Shown here: in pieces, positions 8,547 to 18,764 of the stretch
How positions within the stretch are numbered: the stretch's first letter is position 1
Layout of the letters: each line of letters opens with the position of its first letter
DNA from: Leptolyngbyaceae cyanobacterium
GTDB taxonomy: Bacteria; Cyanobacteriota; Cyanobacteriia; Phormidesmidales; Phormidesmidaceae
NCBI GenBank assembly: GCA_965263355.1
Contig: CBDHHL010000056.1
Span: 320,001-384,000 of the forward strand
Length of the DNA: 64,000 nucleotides
Direction of reading: 5' to 3'
Notes under the pieces: model-generated
The model's database searches: none
Seen by the model: the letters and a program-made list of their open reading frames with translations, nothing else
What the model was told of the DNA's origin: nothing
Position numbers and translations under genes: made by a program

Positions 8547-11500
8547 ATGACAAAACAGCTGGGGCATACGTCTCCATTAGGGGCAGTTCACAACCTGGGC
8601 CATGGGGTACAGCACCGGTCGTTGGGGCCGTCATCATTAGCGATCTTAGATCTCAAAACGTTTTATCCCCATGGGTTTCCTAACGTTGCCTCTGAAAGCA
8701 CAAGTGCTTCAGAGAGTACAGTCGCTCGTAGTATAGATACGTCAGCCTCTTCTCAACAAGCTTCAACACCCAGCGTTAAGGAGTCTAAGTCTGCAACTGG
8801 TTCTGCAGGTCTAGGCTCATTTTTTCGTCGCAGTCTGCAGCGTTACTTTTCGCCAGGGTCAAGAGACCGTTCTGATGCTATCTCCCCTGCCTCCACTCAT
8901 CAGCCTGTTTCACAACAAGCCTCTCCAAACACAACATCCATACCAAACTTACAAGCAACTCCTGAAATAACGGTAACTACTAGTGACTCAATAGTAACTC
9001 CCACATCAGCAAGTGTTTCAACAGATAGTAATTCCTCTCATCAAGAGGTAAAACCCCCAACATCAGCTCAGCAACCGCCTACTGGGCTAAATTCAATCGA
9101 TATTAACCAATCTATTCAGAGTCTGCAAGAACAGTCTCCGATTCAACGAACTTCGGATAACTCAACCGGCTTAGGGTCCCATGACTCCAGTCAAACTGAT
9201 ATAGCGCAACAGTCTGCACGTAATCTGGCAGCCCCCCCCTTAAATACTCCCAATGCTATTCCGTCTACCTCTAATCAGGCTGACCTAATTCAAAGAAGAA
9301 TTGAGCCATCTCAATTATCAGACTCAAACTCTGCTGCAAGCTTAGGGAAGCCTACAGAAAGTATTCAGATATCGGCTAATAAAAGTCTTTCTGACACTGG
9401 ATCTATACAACATTCGAGCGATATTCAATCAGTTGTCAATTCGACTGCAGCAGTGCAACGGACAACTGATTCACTTCAGTCTCTTGAATCGTTGGCTGAA
9501 TCACCTCAAGTAGATCTCGTTCAGACTAACACGAATGAGCCGACAAACAATATTCATCCCGTTCCCAGCTCAGAAGAATCAGTTCAACGGGCAGCAGACT
9601 CTACTGATTTAACTTCATCAGTTCCCCATGAATCACATCAGATAAACACGGCTCAAGCTAATCAATTTAGTCAAAAAAATAGACCTCAGCCATCGGCGGA
9701 TTCTCTTTCTGAAACCGAGGGCATTCAACAATCGAGTAATAGTCAAACCGCTTTTAACTCAGGAGATATCGTTCAAAGAGCAGCTGAGTTACCCCAATCA
9801 ACAAGCTTATCTAGTGACGTAGGCCAACCACAAACACCTCAGTCTGTTGAACTTGATCAAACACATAGAGCACCGACTTCTAATAGAGAAAACGTCGTTC
9901 AAAGGACGGCTGAGTTAACCCAACCAACCAACACATCTAATAAGGTAGGCCAAACCGAAACGCCTCAGTCTGTTGAATTTTCTCAAATAGATACAATTCA
10001 GGTATCGACTAATCCCTTTTCTGACACTGAGACGCCTCAAAATTTGGGCAATGTTCAACCAATTACTTACTCAGTAGACACGGTTCAACGAGTTTCTGAT
10101 GATATATCTGAAAGAATTGAGGCAAATAGCCCATCCTACCCTGACACGACATCAACAACGAATACTCACGGCACCCTTCAACGAGTAACAAATGTCACAG
10201 ATGACTCACAAATCATCGAACCTGATAATGCGCCGTCTGTTCAACAATTACCCTCTGAACTAGCGACAACCGATATTATCGATACTGATGTCTCAGGCCC
10301 GAGTCAATCTCCGTTTAGCCCGCCTGAGTCCATTCAACGGGTAACCGAGGTCCCTCAGCGAGCAAACTCAGGTTCTGACGAAGTTAGGTCAGCCAATACA
10401 GCTCAACTATTACCTGATGGTTCTAACGCGAATAAGCCTACAAACAATATCCACCCCATTCCCAGCTCAGGAGAAGCAGTTCAACGGGCAGCAGACTTTA
10501 CTGATTTAACCCCGTCAATTTCCCATGAAGCACATCAGATAGGCACGACTCAGAGCAATCAATTTAGTCAAACAAATAGACCTCAGCCATCAGCCAATTC
10601 TTTTTCTGAAACTGAGGGTATTCAACAATCGAGTGAGGGTGAAACTGCTTTTAACTCAGAAAATATTGTTCAAAGAACAGCTGAGGTACCCCAATCAACA
10701 AACAGGTCTAATCAAGTAAGCGAAACAGAAACACCTCAGGCTATTGAATTTACTCAAAAAAACACACCTCAACAATCCGCCAATTCCCTTGCTAAAACTG
10801 AGGGCATTCAAAAGTCAAGTGAGGTTCAAACTGCCTTTGACCCAGGCAAAATTATTCAGAGGACAGCTGAGGTACCCCAGTCAACGAGTATATCTAATAA
10901 AGTAGGCCAGCCAGAAACACCTCAGGCTGTTGACTTTGCTCAAACAGATATGCCTCAGGTATCGACTAATCCGTTTTTTGAAAGTGAGATTCTTCAAAAA
11001 TCGAACAATGATCAACCGATTACTCACTCAGTAGACGCGGTTCAACGAGTTGCTGATATATCTGGAAAAATTGAGGCCAATAGCACATCTTCCCCTGACA
11101 CGACATCAACAACAAATACTCAAAGCACTCTTCAACGAGTAACAGATGTCATAGGCAGTTCACAAATCATCACCCCTGATAATGCGTCGTCAGTTCAACA
11201 ATTCCCCTCCGAATTAGCCACAACCGATATTCCCCGTACTGATATCTCAGCCCCAAGTCAATCTTCATTTAGCCCGGCTGAGTCCATTCAACGGGTAACC
11301 GAAGTCTCGCAGCTATCAAACTCAGGTTCTGACGAATCCAGGGCAGCTAATACAGCTCAATTATTACCTGATTTTTCTACCGCGAATGAGCCTACAACCA
11401 ATCTTCAACCCATTTCCAGCTCAGAAGAATCAGTTCAACGGACAACTTACTTTACTGACTTAACGTCATCAGTGCCCTATGGAGCATATCAGATAGACAC

Positions 11501-14500
11501 AGCTCAGGCTAGTCAATTTAGTCAAACAAATATACCTCAGTCATCAGCAAATTCTTTTTCTGAACCTGAGGATATTCAACAACCGAGTGATGGTCAAACC
11601 GTTTTTAACTCAGGAGAAATTATTCAAAGGACGGCTGAATCAACTCAGTCAACACCTGAGGATATTCAACAATCGAGTGATGGTCAAACCGTTTTCAACT
11701 CAGGAGAAATTATTCAAAGGACGGCTGAATTAACCCAGTCAACAAGTACGTCTAATGAAATAGGCCAAACAGACACACCTCAGGCTAATCAATTTGCTCA
11801 AACAAATACAGCTCAGCGATCCGCTAACTCCCGTGCCAAAACTGAAGGTATTCAACAATCGCGTGATGGTCAAACAACGTCTAACGTAGAAAACGTCGTT
11901 CAAAGGACAGCTGAGTTAACCCAGCTAACAAACACGTCTAATGAAATAGGCCACACAGACACACCTCAATTATCGACTAATCCTTTTTCTGAAAGTAAGC
12001 CCCTTCAAAATCCTAACAATGTTCAGCCGATTACTCACTCAATAGACGCGGTTCAACGAGTACCCGATACTCACAGCACTCTCCAACGAGTAACGGATGT
12101 CACAGATAATCCAAAAATTATTGAACCTGATAATGCGCCGTCAGTTCAACAATTATCGTCCGAATTAGCTACAACCGATATTACCCATACTGATGTCTTA
12201 GCCCCGAGTCAATTTAGTCAAACAACTATACCTCAGCCATCAGCAAATTCTCTTTCCAAAACTGAGGAAATTCAAAAGTCAAGCGATGGTCAAACCGATT
12301 TTAACTCAGGAGATATCGTTCAAAGGACGGTTGAATTAACCCAATCAACAAGCACGTTTAATGAAGTAAACCAACCAGAACTACTTCAAGCTAGTCAATT
12401 TGCTCAAACAAATATAGTTCAGCAATCCGCCAACTCTCTTGCTAAAACTGAGAATATTCAAAAATCGAGTGGGGTTCAAACGACGTCTAACGTAGAAAAC
12501 GCCGTTCAAAGGATAGCTGAGTTACCCCAGCCAACAAACACGTCTAACGCAGTAGATAAAACTGAAACGCCTCAGTCTGTTGAATTTGATCTCACACACA
12601 CAGCTCAATCATTAACTAATTCTGTTTCTGAAAGTGGACCTCTTCAAAAATCGAACAATGTTCAACCGATTACTCACTCAGTAAACACGGTTCAACGAGT
12701 TGCTAATGTGTCTGAAGTAATTGAAGCTGATAGTCCCTCCTACGCTGACGCGACATCAACAACGAATACTCATAGTCCGCTTCAACGAGTAACGGATGTC
12801 ACAGATAATCCACAACCCATAGAATCCGATAATGCTCTGTCAGCTCAACAATTATCCTCCGACTTAACCACAACTGATATTCCCCACACTCAAACTGATA
12901 CGCTAATCTCCCGCACTTCGAATCAACCAATCATTACTCATCCGTCCCATGATAATGTCTTAAACGCTTCGTTAACCGATGTCTCATTTCCGAGTCAGTC
13001 TCCGTTTAACCTATCTGAGTCAATTCAACGTGACGTCGACGCCTCTCAGCTATCAAACTCAGGTTCTGACGAATCTAGGGCAGCTAAGACAGTTCAACCA
13101 TTATCTGATTTTTCTACCGCGAATGAGCCCACAACCGATATTCAATCCGTTTTTAGCTCAGGGGAATCAGTTCAACGGGCAACAGACTTTACTGATTTAA
13201 CTCCGTCAATTTCTCATGAGTCTTATCAGATAGGCACGACTCAGACTAATCAATTTAGTCAAACAACTATACCTCAGCCATCAGAAAATTCTCTTTCTGG
13301 AACTAAGAGCATTCAAAAGTCGATTGACGATCAAACCGCTTTTAACTCAGGAGATATCGTTCAAAGGATAGCTGAGTTACCCCAATCAACGAGCACATCT
13401 AATAAAGTAAGCCAAATAGACGCACCTCAGTCTGTTGACTTTACTCAAACAAATACAACTCCGCTCCCCGTTAGCTCCCCTGCTAAAACTAAGAAAATTC
13501 AGAAGTCAAGTGAGGTTCAAACTGCCCCTGACTCAGGTGAAATCATTCAGAGGACAGCTGAGTTACCCCAGCCAACGAGCACATCTAATAGAGTAGGTCA
13601 ACCAGAAACGCCTCAGTCTGCTGAATTTACTCAAACACACATACCTCAGTTATCGACTAATCCTGTTTCTGAGAGTGAAACTCTTCAAAGTTCGAACAAT
13701 GTTCAACCGATTACTCACTCAAGAGACAGGGTTCAACGAGTCACTGATGTGTCTGGAGCCGTTAAGGCGGATAGCCCATCTTACACTGACACGACATCAA
13801 CAACGAATACTCATAGCACGCTTCAACGAGTAACAGATGTCACAGATAATCCACAAATTATTGAATCCGATAACGCTCCGCCAGAACAACAATTACCTTC
13901 TAACTCAGCCACAAACGATATTCCCCGTACTGATGTCTTAGTCCCGAATCAAACGCCATTTAAACCACCTGAGTCAATTCAACGGGTAACTGCAACCTCT
14001 CAGCTATCAAACTCAGGTTCTGACGAATTTGGGGCAGCTAATGCCGCTCAACTATCGCCTGATGGTCCTACCGAAGAAGCAGTGCAACGGGTAGCAAACT
14101 TAACTGACTTAGTTTCACCAGTTTCCTATGAGTCTTATCAAATAGGCACGACTCAGGCTAATCAATTTACTCAAACAAACATACCTCAGCCATCAGCGAA
14201 TTCTCTTTCTAAAGCTGAGGATATTCAAAAGTCGAGTCAAGGGCAAGTTTCCTCTACCTCAGGAGAAATCGTGCAAAGGATGGCTGAGTCCATCCAGTCA
14301 ACAAATACGTCTGATGAATTAGACCAAACAGAACTACCTCAGATTCCTGAATCGATACAAACACACACAACTCAGTTATCGACTAACTCTGTTTCTGAAA
14401 GTTATCTTCAATCAGCCACTCACTCAGTAGAGATCGTTCAAAAGACAGCTGAGTTAACCCAATCAACGAATATACCCAATAAAGTAAGCCAACCAGAAAC

Positions 14501-16037
14501 GTCTCAGTCTGTTGAATTTTCCCAAACAGATATCGCAGATGAGCCACAAATCATTGAACCTGATAACCACATTCCGTCAGCTCAGCAATTACCCTCCAAA
14601 TTAGCCACAACCGATGTTCCTTATAACGATGTCTTAGTCCCAATTCAATCTCAGTTTAGCCCGACCGAGTCCATTCAATGGGTAACCGAAGCCTCTCAGC
14701 TATCGAATTCAGGTTCTGATCAATTTGGGGCAGCTAATGCCCCTCAACTATTACCTGATGGTTCTAACGCGAATGAGTCTACAAACAACATTCACCCCAT
14801 TCCCAGCGCAGACGAATCAGTTCAACGGGCAGCAGACTTTACTGATTTAACTCCGTCAATTTCTCATGAGTCCTATCAGATAGATACAACTCAGGCTAAT
14901 CAATTTAGTCAAACAAATATACCTCAGCCATCAGCGAATTCTTTTTCTGAAACTAAGATTATTCAAACATCGAGTGAGGTTCAATCCACCTTTAACCCAG
15001 TAGACATTGTTCAAAATGCTTCTAACTCAGCTGAGCTAGTTCAATCGACAGCCGAGTCAACAACATCAATCTCAATTGAGACCGATCAGCCAACTACATT
15101 AGTTTCCAACCAGCCAGATATCGTTCGGCTTAACAATGTGGCTGAGAGCGAGGCTATACAAAAATTAAGTGATAGCCAATCTGTTTCTGGCCCAACACAC
15201 TTAGCAAGACCAGTACAACGTTCATCGGATTCAACTCATACGGACATATTAGGCCTTTCCATCAGCAAACCGCTGCCGAGGGTACTCAGATCGCTAAGTG
15301 TGTTGAAACCATTACCCTCATTGCAGGGCAAGGGCTTAAAACTCGGTGAGCAAGTAGCTTCAGAATCCACCCCCTCACAACCAACCATTCAACGTCAAGA
15401 ATCCGACCACATTCCAAAAGCATGGTCTAATCTAGAATCATTAGTTGCAGGTCTAACGGGTAGCAACTCACAGAGCGTATCGACGTCTGAGAAATCCACA
15501 AGCATTGATTCAGATACTGTTACACCACCGTCAGATACCAGTTCGGTCAACATTCAACGCCAGCCTTCTGACGTTAATAATGACTCTGCACGGTTGTCAA
15601 ACAGTTCTAGCTCGACCACCCAGTCTAATTTAGAAGACTTAACTACCCATTTGCCAAACAATTCATTCGAGCATGACTCTACAACGTCACAACCGGCTCC
15701 AGAGTCCAATCATTCTCAGCAATCCACTCAACGCTCCCCTGTCTCGAAGGCACCGCCAACTCCCCAGCAAGCATCTCACACTGTCAAAGTTGCTAAACCA
15801 GCTACAGTCACAGTTCAACGCCAGGTAGCAAGCTCAGTATCCACAACAAAACCAACGATCATTCAAGCTTGTAAAGACACCTCACCTAGCACTGATTCTG
15901 CTGAGGCTGATGAACAAACAGATGACAATCATAACTATAGTCAGTATCTAGAGCTATTAGCCCAGGAAGTCTATAGCCTCTTACGACAGCGACTCTCTCT
16001 GGAACAAGAACGACGAGGGTCTAAATACCCTAGATAG
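8547..16037 (+). CDS. giant low-complexity S/T/Q/P-rich repeat protein of the CIS operon ([VIL]QR repeats)
   Basis: 2496-aa uninterrupted ORF with about 40 [VIL]QR motifs, nested internal repeats and a C-terminal helix YLELLAQEVYSLLRQRLSLEQERRG. Confidence 0.85.
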   Translation: MTKQLGHTSPLGAVHNLGHGVQHRSLGPSSLAILDLKTFYPHGFPNVASESTSASESTVARSIDTSASSQQASTPSVKESKSATGSAGLGSFFRRSLQRYFSPGSRDRSDAISPASTHQPVSQQASPNTTSIPNLQATPEITVTTSDSIVTPTSASVSTDSNSSHQEVKPPTSAQQPPTGLNSIDINQSIQSLQEQSPIQRTSDNSTGLGSHDSSQTDIAQQSARNLAAPPLNTPNAIPSTSNQADLIQRRIEPSQLSDSNSAASLGKPTESIQISANKSLSDTGSIQHSSDIQSVVNSTAAVQRTTDSLQSLESLAESPQVDLVQTNTNEPTNNIHPVPSSEESVQRAADSTDLTSSVPHESHQINTAQANQFSQKNRPQPSADSLSETEGIQQSSNSQTAFNSGDIVQRAAELPQSTSLSSDVGQPQTPQSVELDQTHRAPTSNRENVVQRTAELTQPTNTSNKVGQTETPQSVEFSQIDTIQVSTNPFSDTETPQNLGNVQPITYSVDTVQRVSDDISERIEANSPSYPDTTSTTNTHGTLQRVTNVTDDSQIIEPDNAPSVQQLPSELATTDIIDTDVSGPSQSPFSPPESIQRVTEVPQRANSGSDEVRSANTAQLLPDGSNANKPTNNIHPIPSSGEAVQRAADFTDLTPSISHEAHQIGTTQSNQFSQTNRPQPSANSFSETEGIQQSSEGETAFNSENIVQRTAEVPQSTNRSNQVSETETPQAIEFTQKNTPQQSANSLAKTEGIQKSSEVQTAFDPGKIIQRTAEVPQSTSISNKVGQPETPQAVDFAQTDMPQVSTNPFFESEILQKSNNDQPITHSVDAVQRVADISGKIEANSTSSPDTTSTTNTQSTLQRVTDVIGSSQIITPDNASSVQQFPSELATTDIPRTDISAPSQSSFSPAESIQRVTEVSQLSNSGSDESRAANTAQLLPDFSTANEPTTNLQPISSSEESVQRTTYFTDLTSSVPYGAYQIDTAQASQFSQTNIPQSSANSFSEPEDIQQPSDGQTVFNSGEIIQRTAESTQSTPEDIQQSSDGQTVFNSGEIIQRTAELTQSTSTSNEIGQTDTPQANQFAQTNTAQRSANSRAKTEGIQQSRDGQTTSNVENVVQRTAELTQLTNTSNEIGHTDTPQLSTNPFSESKPLQNPNNVQPITHSIDAVQRVPDTHSTLQRVTDVTDNPKIIEPDNAPSVQQLSSELATTDITHTDVLAPSQFSQTTIPQPSANSLSKTEEIQKSSDGQTDFNSGDIVQRTVELTQSTSTFNEVNQPELLQASQFAQTNIVQQSANSLAKTENIQKSSGVQTTSNVENAVQRIAELPQPTNTSNAVDKTETPQSVEFDLTHTAQSLTNSVSESGPLQKSNNVQPITHSVNTVQRVANVSEVIEADSPSYADATSTTNTHSPLQRVTDVTDNPQPIESDNALSAQQLSSDLTTTDIPHTQTDTLISRTSNQPIITHPSHDNVLNASLTDVSFPSQSPFNLSESIQRDVDASQLSNSGSDESRAAKTVQPLSDFSTANEPTTDIQSVFSSGESVQRATDFTDLTPSISHESYQIGTTQTNQFSQTTIPQPSENSLSGTKSIQKSIDDQTAFNSGDIVQRIAELPQSTSTSNKVSQIDAPQSVDFTQTNTTPLPVSSPAKTKKIQKSSEVQTAPDSGEIIQRTAELPQPTSTSNRVGQPETPQSAEFTQTHIPQLSTNPVSESETLQSSNNVQPITHSRDRVQRVTDVSGAVKADSPSYTDTTSTTNTHSTLQRVTDVTDNPQIIESDNAPPEQQLPSNSATNDIPRTDVLVPNQTPFKPPESIQRVTATSQLSNSGSDEFGAANAAQLSPDGPTEEAVQRVANLTDLVSPVSYESYQIGTTQANQFTQTNIPQPSANSLSKAEDIQKSSQGQVSSTSGEIVQRMAESIQSTNTSDELDQTELPQIPESIQTHTTQLSTNSVSESYLQSATHSVEIVQKTAELTQSTNIPNKVSQPETSQSVEFSQTDIADEPQIIEPDNHIPSAQQLPSKLATTDVPYNDVLVPIQSQFSPTESIQWVTEASQLSNSGSDQFGAANAPQLLPDGSNANESTNNIHPIPSADESVQRAADFTDLTPSISHESYQIDTTQANQFSQTNIPQPSANSFSETKIIQTSSEVQSTFNPVDIVQNASNSAELVQSTAESTTSISIETDQPTTLVSNQPDIVRLNNVAESEAIQKLSDSQSVSGPTHLARPVQRSSDSTHTDILGLSISKPLPRVLRSLSVLKPLPSLQGKGLKLGEQVASESTPSQPTIQRQESDHIPKAWSNLESLVAGLTGSNSQSVSTSEKSTSIDSDTVTPPSDTSSVNIQRQPSDVNNDSARLSNSSSSTTQSNLEDLTTHLPNNSFEHDSTTSQPAPESNHSQQSTQRSPVSKAPPTPQQASHTVKVAKPATVTVQRQVASSVSTTKPTIIQACKDTSPSTDSAEADEQTDDNHNYSQYLELLAQEVYSLLRQRLSLEQERRGSKYPR
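9530..15010 (+). repeat. nested intragenic repeat array (about 0.7-1.04 kb super-units built from shorter modules)
   Basis: Marker GAC(A/G)CGACATCAACAAC at 10143, 11097, 12747 and 13788; near-identical 90-bp tandem duplication at 11564 and 11654. Confidence 0.85.
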
Positions 16038-16090
16038 CCTTAATTAAATTCTAAAAAAACTGTCAGTCCAACGAATTATCCAATAGATCC

Positions 16091-16576
16091 ATGAGCACAT
16101 TTGTTAAAGCTAAACTTATTGCCCAAGGAGGCGGTAGCAACATCGAGTTTATGTTTAACCCAACTGAGTTGAGTTTTAGTCGAAAGATGAATCTCAACTC
16201 CTGTGGTGGAGCCCGAACAGATGATGGTGTTCCAAAGGTTAGCTTTGGGTCACCAGAACCTTACAGTATCACCGTTGGTGGCTTGGTTTTTGACACGTAC
16301 GAAACGGGCGAGAATGTTCTCGATAAGCATATCGAATATTTTCGACAGGCCGTCGAGTTTTTAGATAGCCAAGAACGTCCACCCATGTATATCTTTACCT
16401 GGGGCAAGCAAGAATACTTACGGTGCTTTGTACAGTCACTTTCCTATAAGCTCACCATGTTTTTGCCGGATGGTACACCTGTGCGAGCAACGGTAGATAT
16501 CACCTTGCAAGAAATCGGTGAGACCAGCGGTTCGGGTAATACAGGGACGCCCAGTCGAGGAAGTAGTAGTCGATAG
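16091..16576 (+). CDS. CIS baseplate hub/tube-initiator (Afp7-like), no LysM domain
   Basis: IEFMFNPTEL, FDTYE, RPP..IFTWG, LTMFLPDGTPVRATVDITLQE. Confidence 0.88.
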   Translation: MSTFVKAKLIAQGGGSNIEFMFNPTELSFSRKMNLNSCGGARTDDGVPKVSFGSPEPYSITVGGLVFDTYETGENVLDKHIEYFRQAVEFLDSQERPPMYIFTWGKQEYLRCFVQSLSYKLTMFLPDGTPVRATVDITLQEIGETSGSGNTGTPSRGSSSR

Positions 16577-16742
16577 CTAGAAGAGTAGGAGCTGGCCTTG
16601 TATTTACACCATAATTTGGGTGTAAACATGGCGTAAAAATACGGAAAAGTAATTTTTCTAATTTCCATAACCTGGTAATTACCGCCATGTTTTCAAACAC
16701 CATACTGATTAAAATCAAGTTTGATTTGTAAGAAGTTTCTTT

Positions 16743-18752
16743 ATGGCTGCCACCAAGTTTGTCGCGACGCCTACCCTGAAGATCGACGGCAAAGCTGCCT
16801 CTAGTGAATTAATAGAGGATATTTTACAGATAGTGGTGGAAGAAAGCTTACATCTGCCAGGCATGTTTACTCTAGTAATTCAAAATGATTACTATGCTGG
16901 CGAAGAGAATCATCAAGTTTGGAAGCACGAGAAGCTATTTGAGATTGGTAAATCGATAGAAATTGGCTTCGCAGCCAGTACAACTGAGTCAGATGAGTTT
17001 GATGAAGAAAATAAAGGTAATGTGATTAAGGGTGATATCACAGCGATTGAAACTCATTTTACCAGTGAAGCCCAGGCTCCAATTATCATTCGCGGTTATG
17101 ATGCCTCCCATCGATTACACCGAGGCCGTCATAGTCGCTCATTTCAAAATAAAACTGATGCCGATATTGTTAAATCTATTGCCTCAGAGGTGGGTATTTC
17201 CATCGGTAAAGTAGATTCGACCGGTGGCCCCTATGGTTATGGAGATATTGGGGGGTCTAGTGGTTATGTGTTTCAACAAAACCAGACCAATATGGAGTTT
17301 TTGCGAGAACGAGCTGCTCGCCATGGCTTTGAACTCTTTGTTCAAGATGGCAAGCTTAACTTTCGTCAACCAACCAAAGACAGCACCCTGTCTCTAGAGT
17401 GGCTACAGGATATCCACAGCTTTCGGGTGCGGGTGAGTAGTGCCGATCAGGTGAAAAGTGTAGAGGTGCGTGGCTGGGACTATAGTCGCAAAGAGGTTAT
17501 TGCCGAAACAATTAGCAAAGCGAAACAAGTTCTGACCGATACGGATAATGGCGATGGCAGTAAGACCGTCAGTGTTTTTGACGGTAAGCCAAAAACACCG
17601 ACCCTGGTGATGGTGGACCAACCAATTTCCCAGGCGAAAGAGGCCCAAGCCATGGCACAGGCTCTTTATGACGAAGTGGGTGGCGAGTTTGTTCAAGCAG
17701 ACGCCCGCAGTGAGGGAGACCCGTCTATCCGTCCGGGACGGGTGGTGAAGCTAACGGGTATGGGTAGCTATAGCGGCAGCTACTATGTCACTGAAACTCG
17801 CCATGTATTGCATGAGCGCATCTATAGAACTGAATTTTCGGTGCGGGGACTGCGCGGGGGCGATTTACTGCAAACATTAGAGAGTAAGAATACTTTGCAG
17901 CCAGGACAAACCCTAATGGTAGGGATTGTTGCTGATAATCAAGATCCGAAAGGTTGGGGGCGGGTGCGGGTAAAACTGCCCACCTTAACGGAAGAGCACA
18001 TGAGTAATTGGGCACGGGTAGTATCCGTAGGGGCAGGACCAACCCGAGGTGTGGACTGGCTGCCTGAAATTAATGATGAAGTACTGGTGGCCTTTGAACA
18101 TGGAGATATTCATCGGCCTTATATTTTAGGTGGGGTATGGAATGGTAAGGATGCTCCACCGGAAAAAATAGAGGAGACAATCGTCAATGGCAAGGTGCGT
18201 TTGAGAACATTGAAGACTCGGTTGGGCCATACGCTGCAATTTGTGGAAGAAGACAAGGGGGATAGTAAGAAGGGGGTTTATTTAACAACCGTCGATAAGC
18301 ATCAGCTGCATCTGAATGATACTGAAAAGTATGCGGAGCTAAAGACTAAGGATGGTCATCAACTGATGTTGGATGACAAAAATAAGAAGATTGATCTAAA
18401 AACTAAGGGTGGTCATCAGATCTCGATGGATGACAGTGGGAAAAAGGTGGATATTATTTCTACTGGCAGTTTGAATGCGAAATCAGGGAAAAGCGGCAAA
18501 AGCGAGAAAATTAATATTAATGGTGGTGAGATCACGCTGACAGGGACAACAAAAATTACGCTGAAAGTGGGCAGTAGCCAAATTGTTTTGAGTAATGCCG
18601 GCGTGAATATTTCGGGAACACAGGTGAATGTGAAGGCCAATGCCACGGCAAAAATGGAAGGCGCAATGGTGGATGTAAAGGGACAGGCGACGGTAAATGT
18701 GCAGTGTTCGGGGATGACAAAAGTAGCGGGAAGCTTGTTAAAGCTAAATTAA
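16743..18752 (+). CDS. vgrG: VgrG-like spike (Afp8; gp27-gp5)
   Basis: VEESLHLPGMF, RGYDASHRLHRGR, QQNQTNMEFL, DPKGWGRVRVKLP, WARV, LPEINDEVLVAFEHGD; C-terminal beta-helix repeats. Confidence 0.93.
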   Translation: MAATKFVATPTLKIDGKAASSELIEDILQIVVEESLHLPGMFTLVIQNDYYAGEENHQVWKHEKLFEIGKSIEIGFAASTTESDEFDEENKGNVIKGDITAIETHFTSEAQAPIIIRGYDASHRLHRGRHSRSFQNKTDADIVKSIASEVGISIGKVDSTGGPYGYGDIGGSSGYVFQQNQTNMEFLRERAARHGFELFVQDGKLNFRQPTKDSTLSLEWLQDIHSFRVRVSSADQVKSVEVRGWDYSRKEVIAETISKAKQVLTDTDNGDGSKTVSVFDGKPKTPTLVMVDQPISQAKEAQAMAQALYDEVGGEFVQADARSEGDPSIRPGRVVKLTGMGSYSGSYYVTETRHVLHERIYRTEFSVRGLRGGDLLQTLESKNTLQPGQTLMVGIVADNQDPKGWGRVRVKLPTLTEEHMSNWARVVSVGAGPTRGVDWLPEINDEVLVAFEHGDIHRPYILGGVWNGKDAPPEKIEETIVNGKVRLRTLKTRLGHTLQFVEEDKGDSKKGVYLTTVDKHQLHLNDTEKYAELKTKDGHQLMLDDKNKKIDLKTKGGHQISMDDSGKKVDIISTGSLNAKSGKSGKSEKININGGEITLTGTTKITLKVGSSQIVLSNAGVNISGTQVNVKANATAKMEGAMVDVKGQATVNVQCSGMTKVAGSLLKLN

Positions 18753-18764
18753 CGGAGATAAATC

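Noticed and set aside
9530..15010. CRISPR array or non-coding tandem repeat
   Set aside because: Repeats are degenerate, long, in frame within one ORF, and have no repeat-spacer pattern or cas genes
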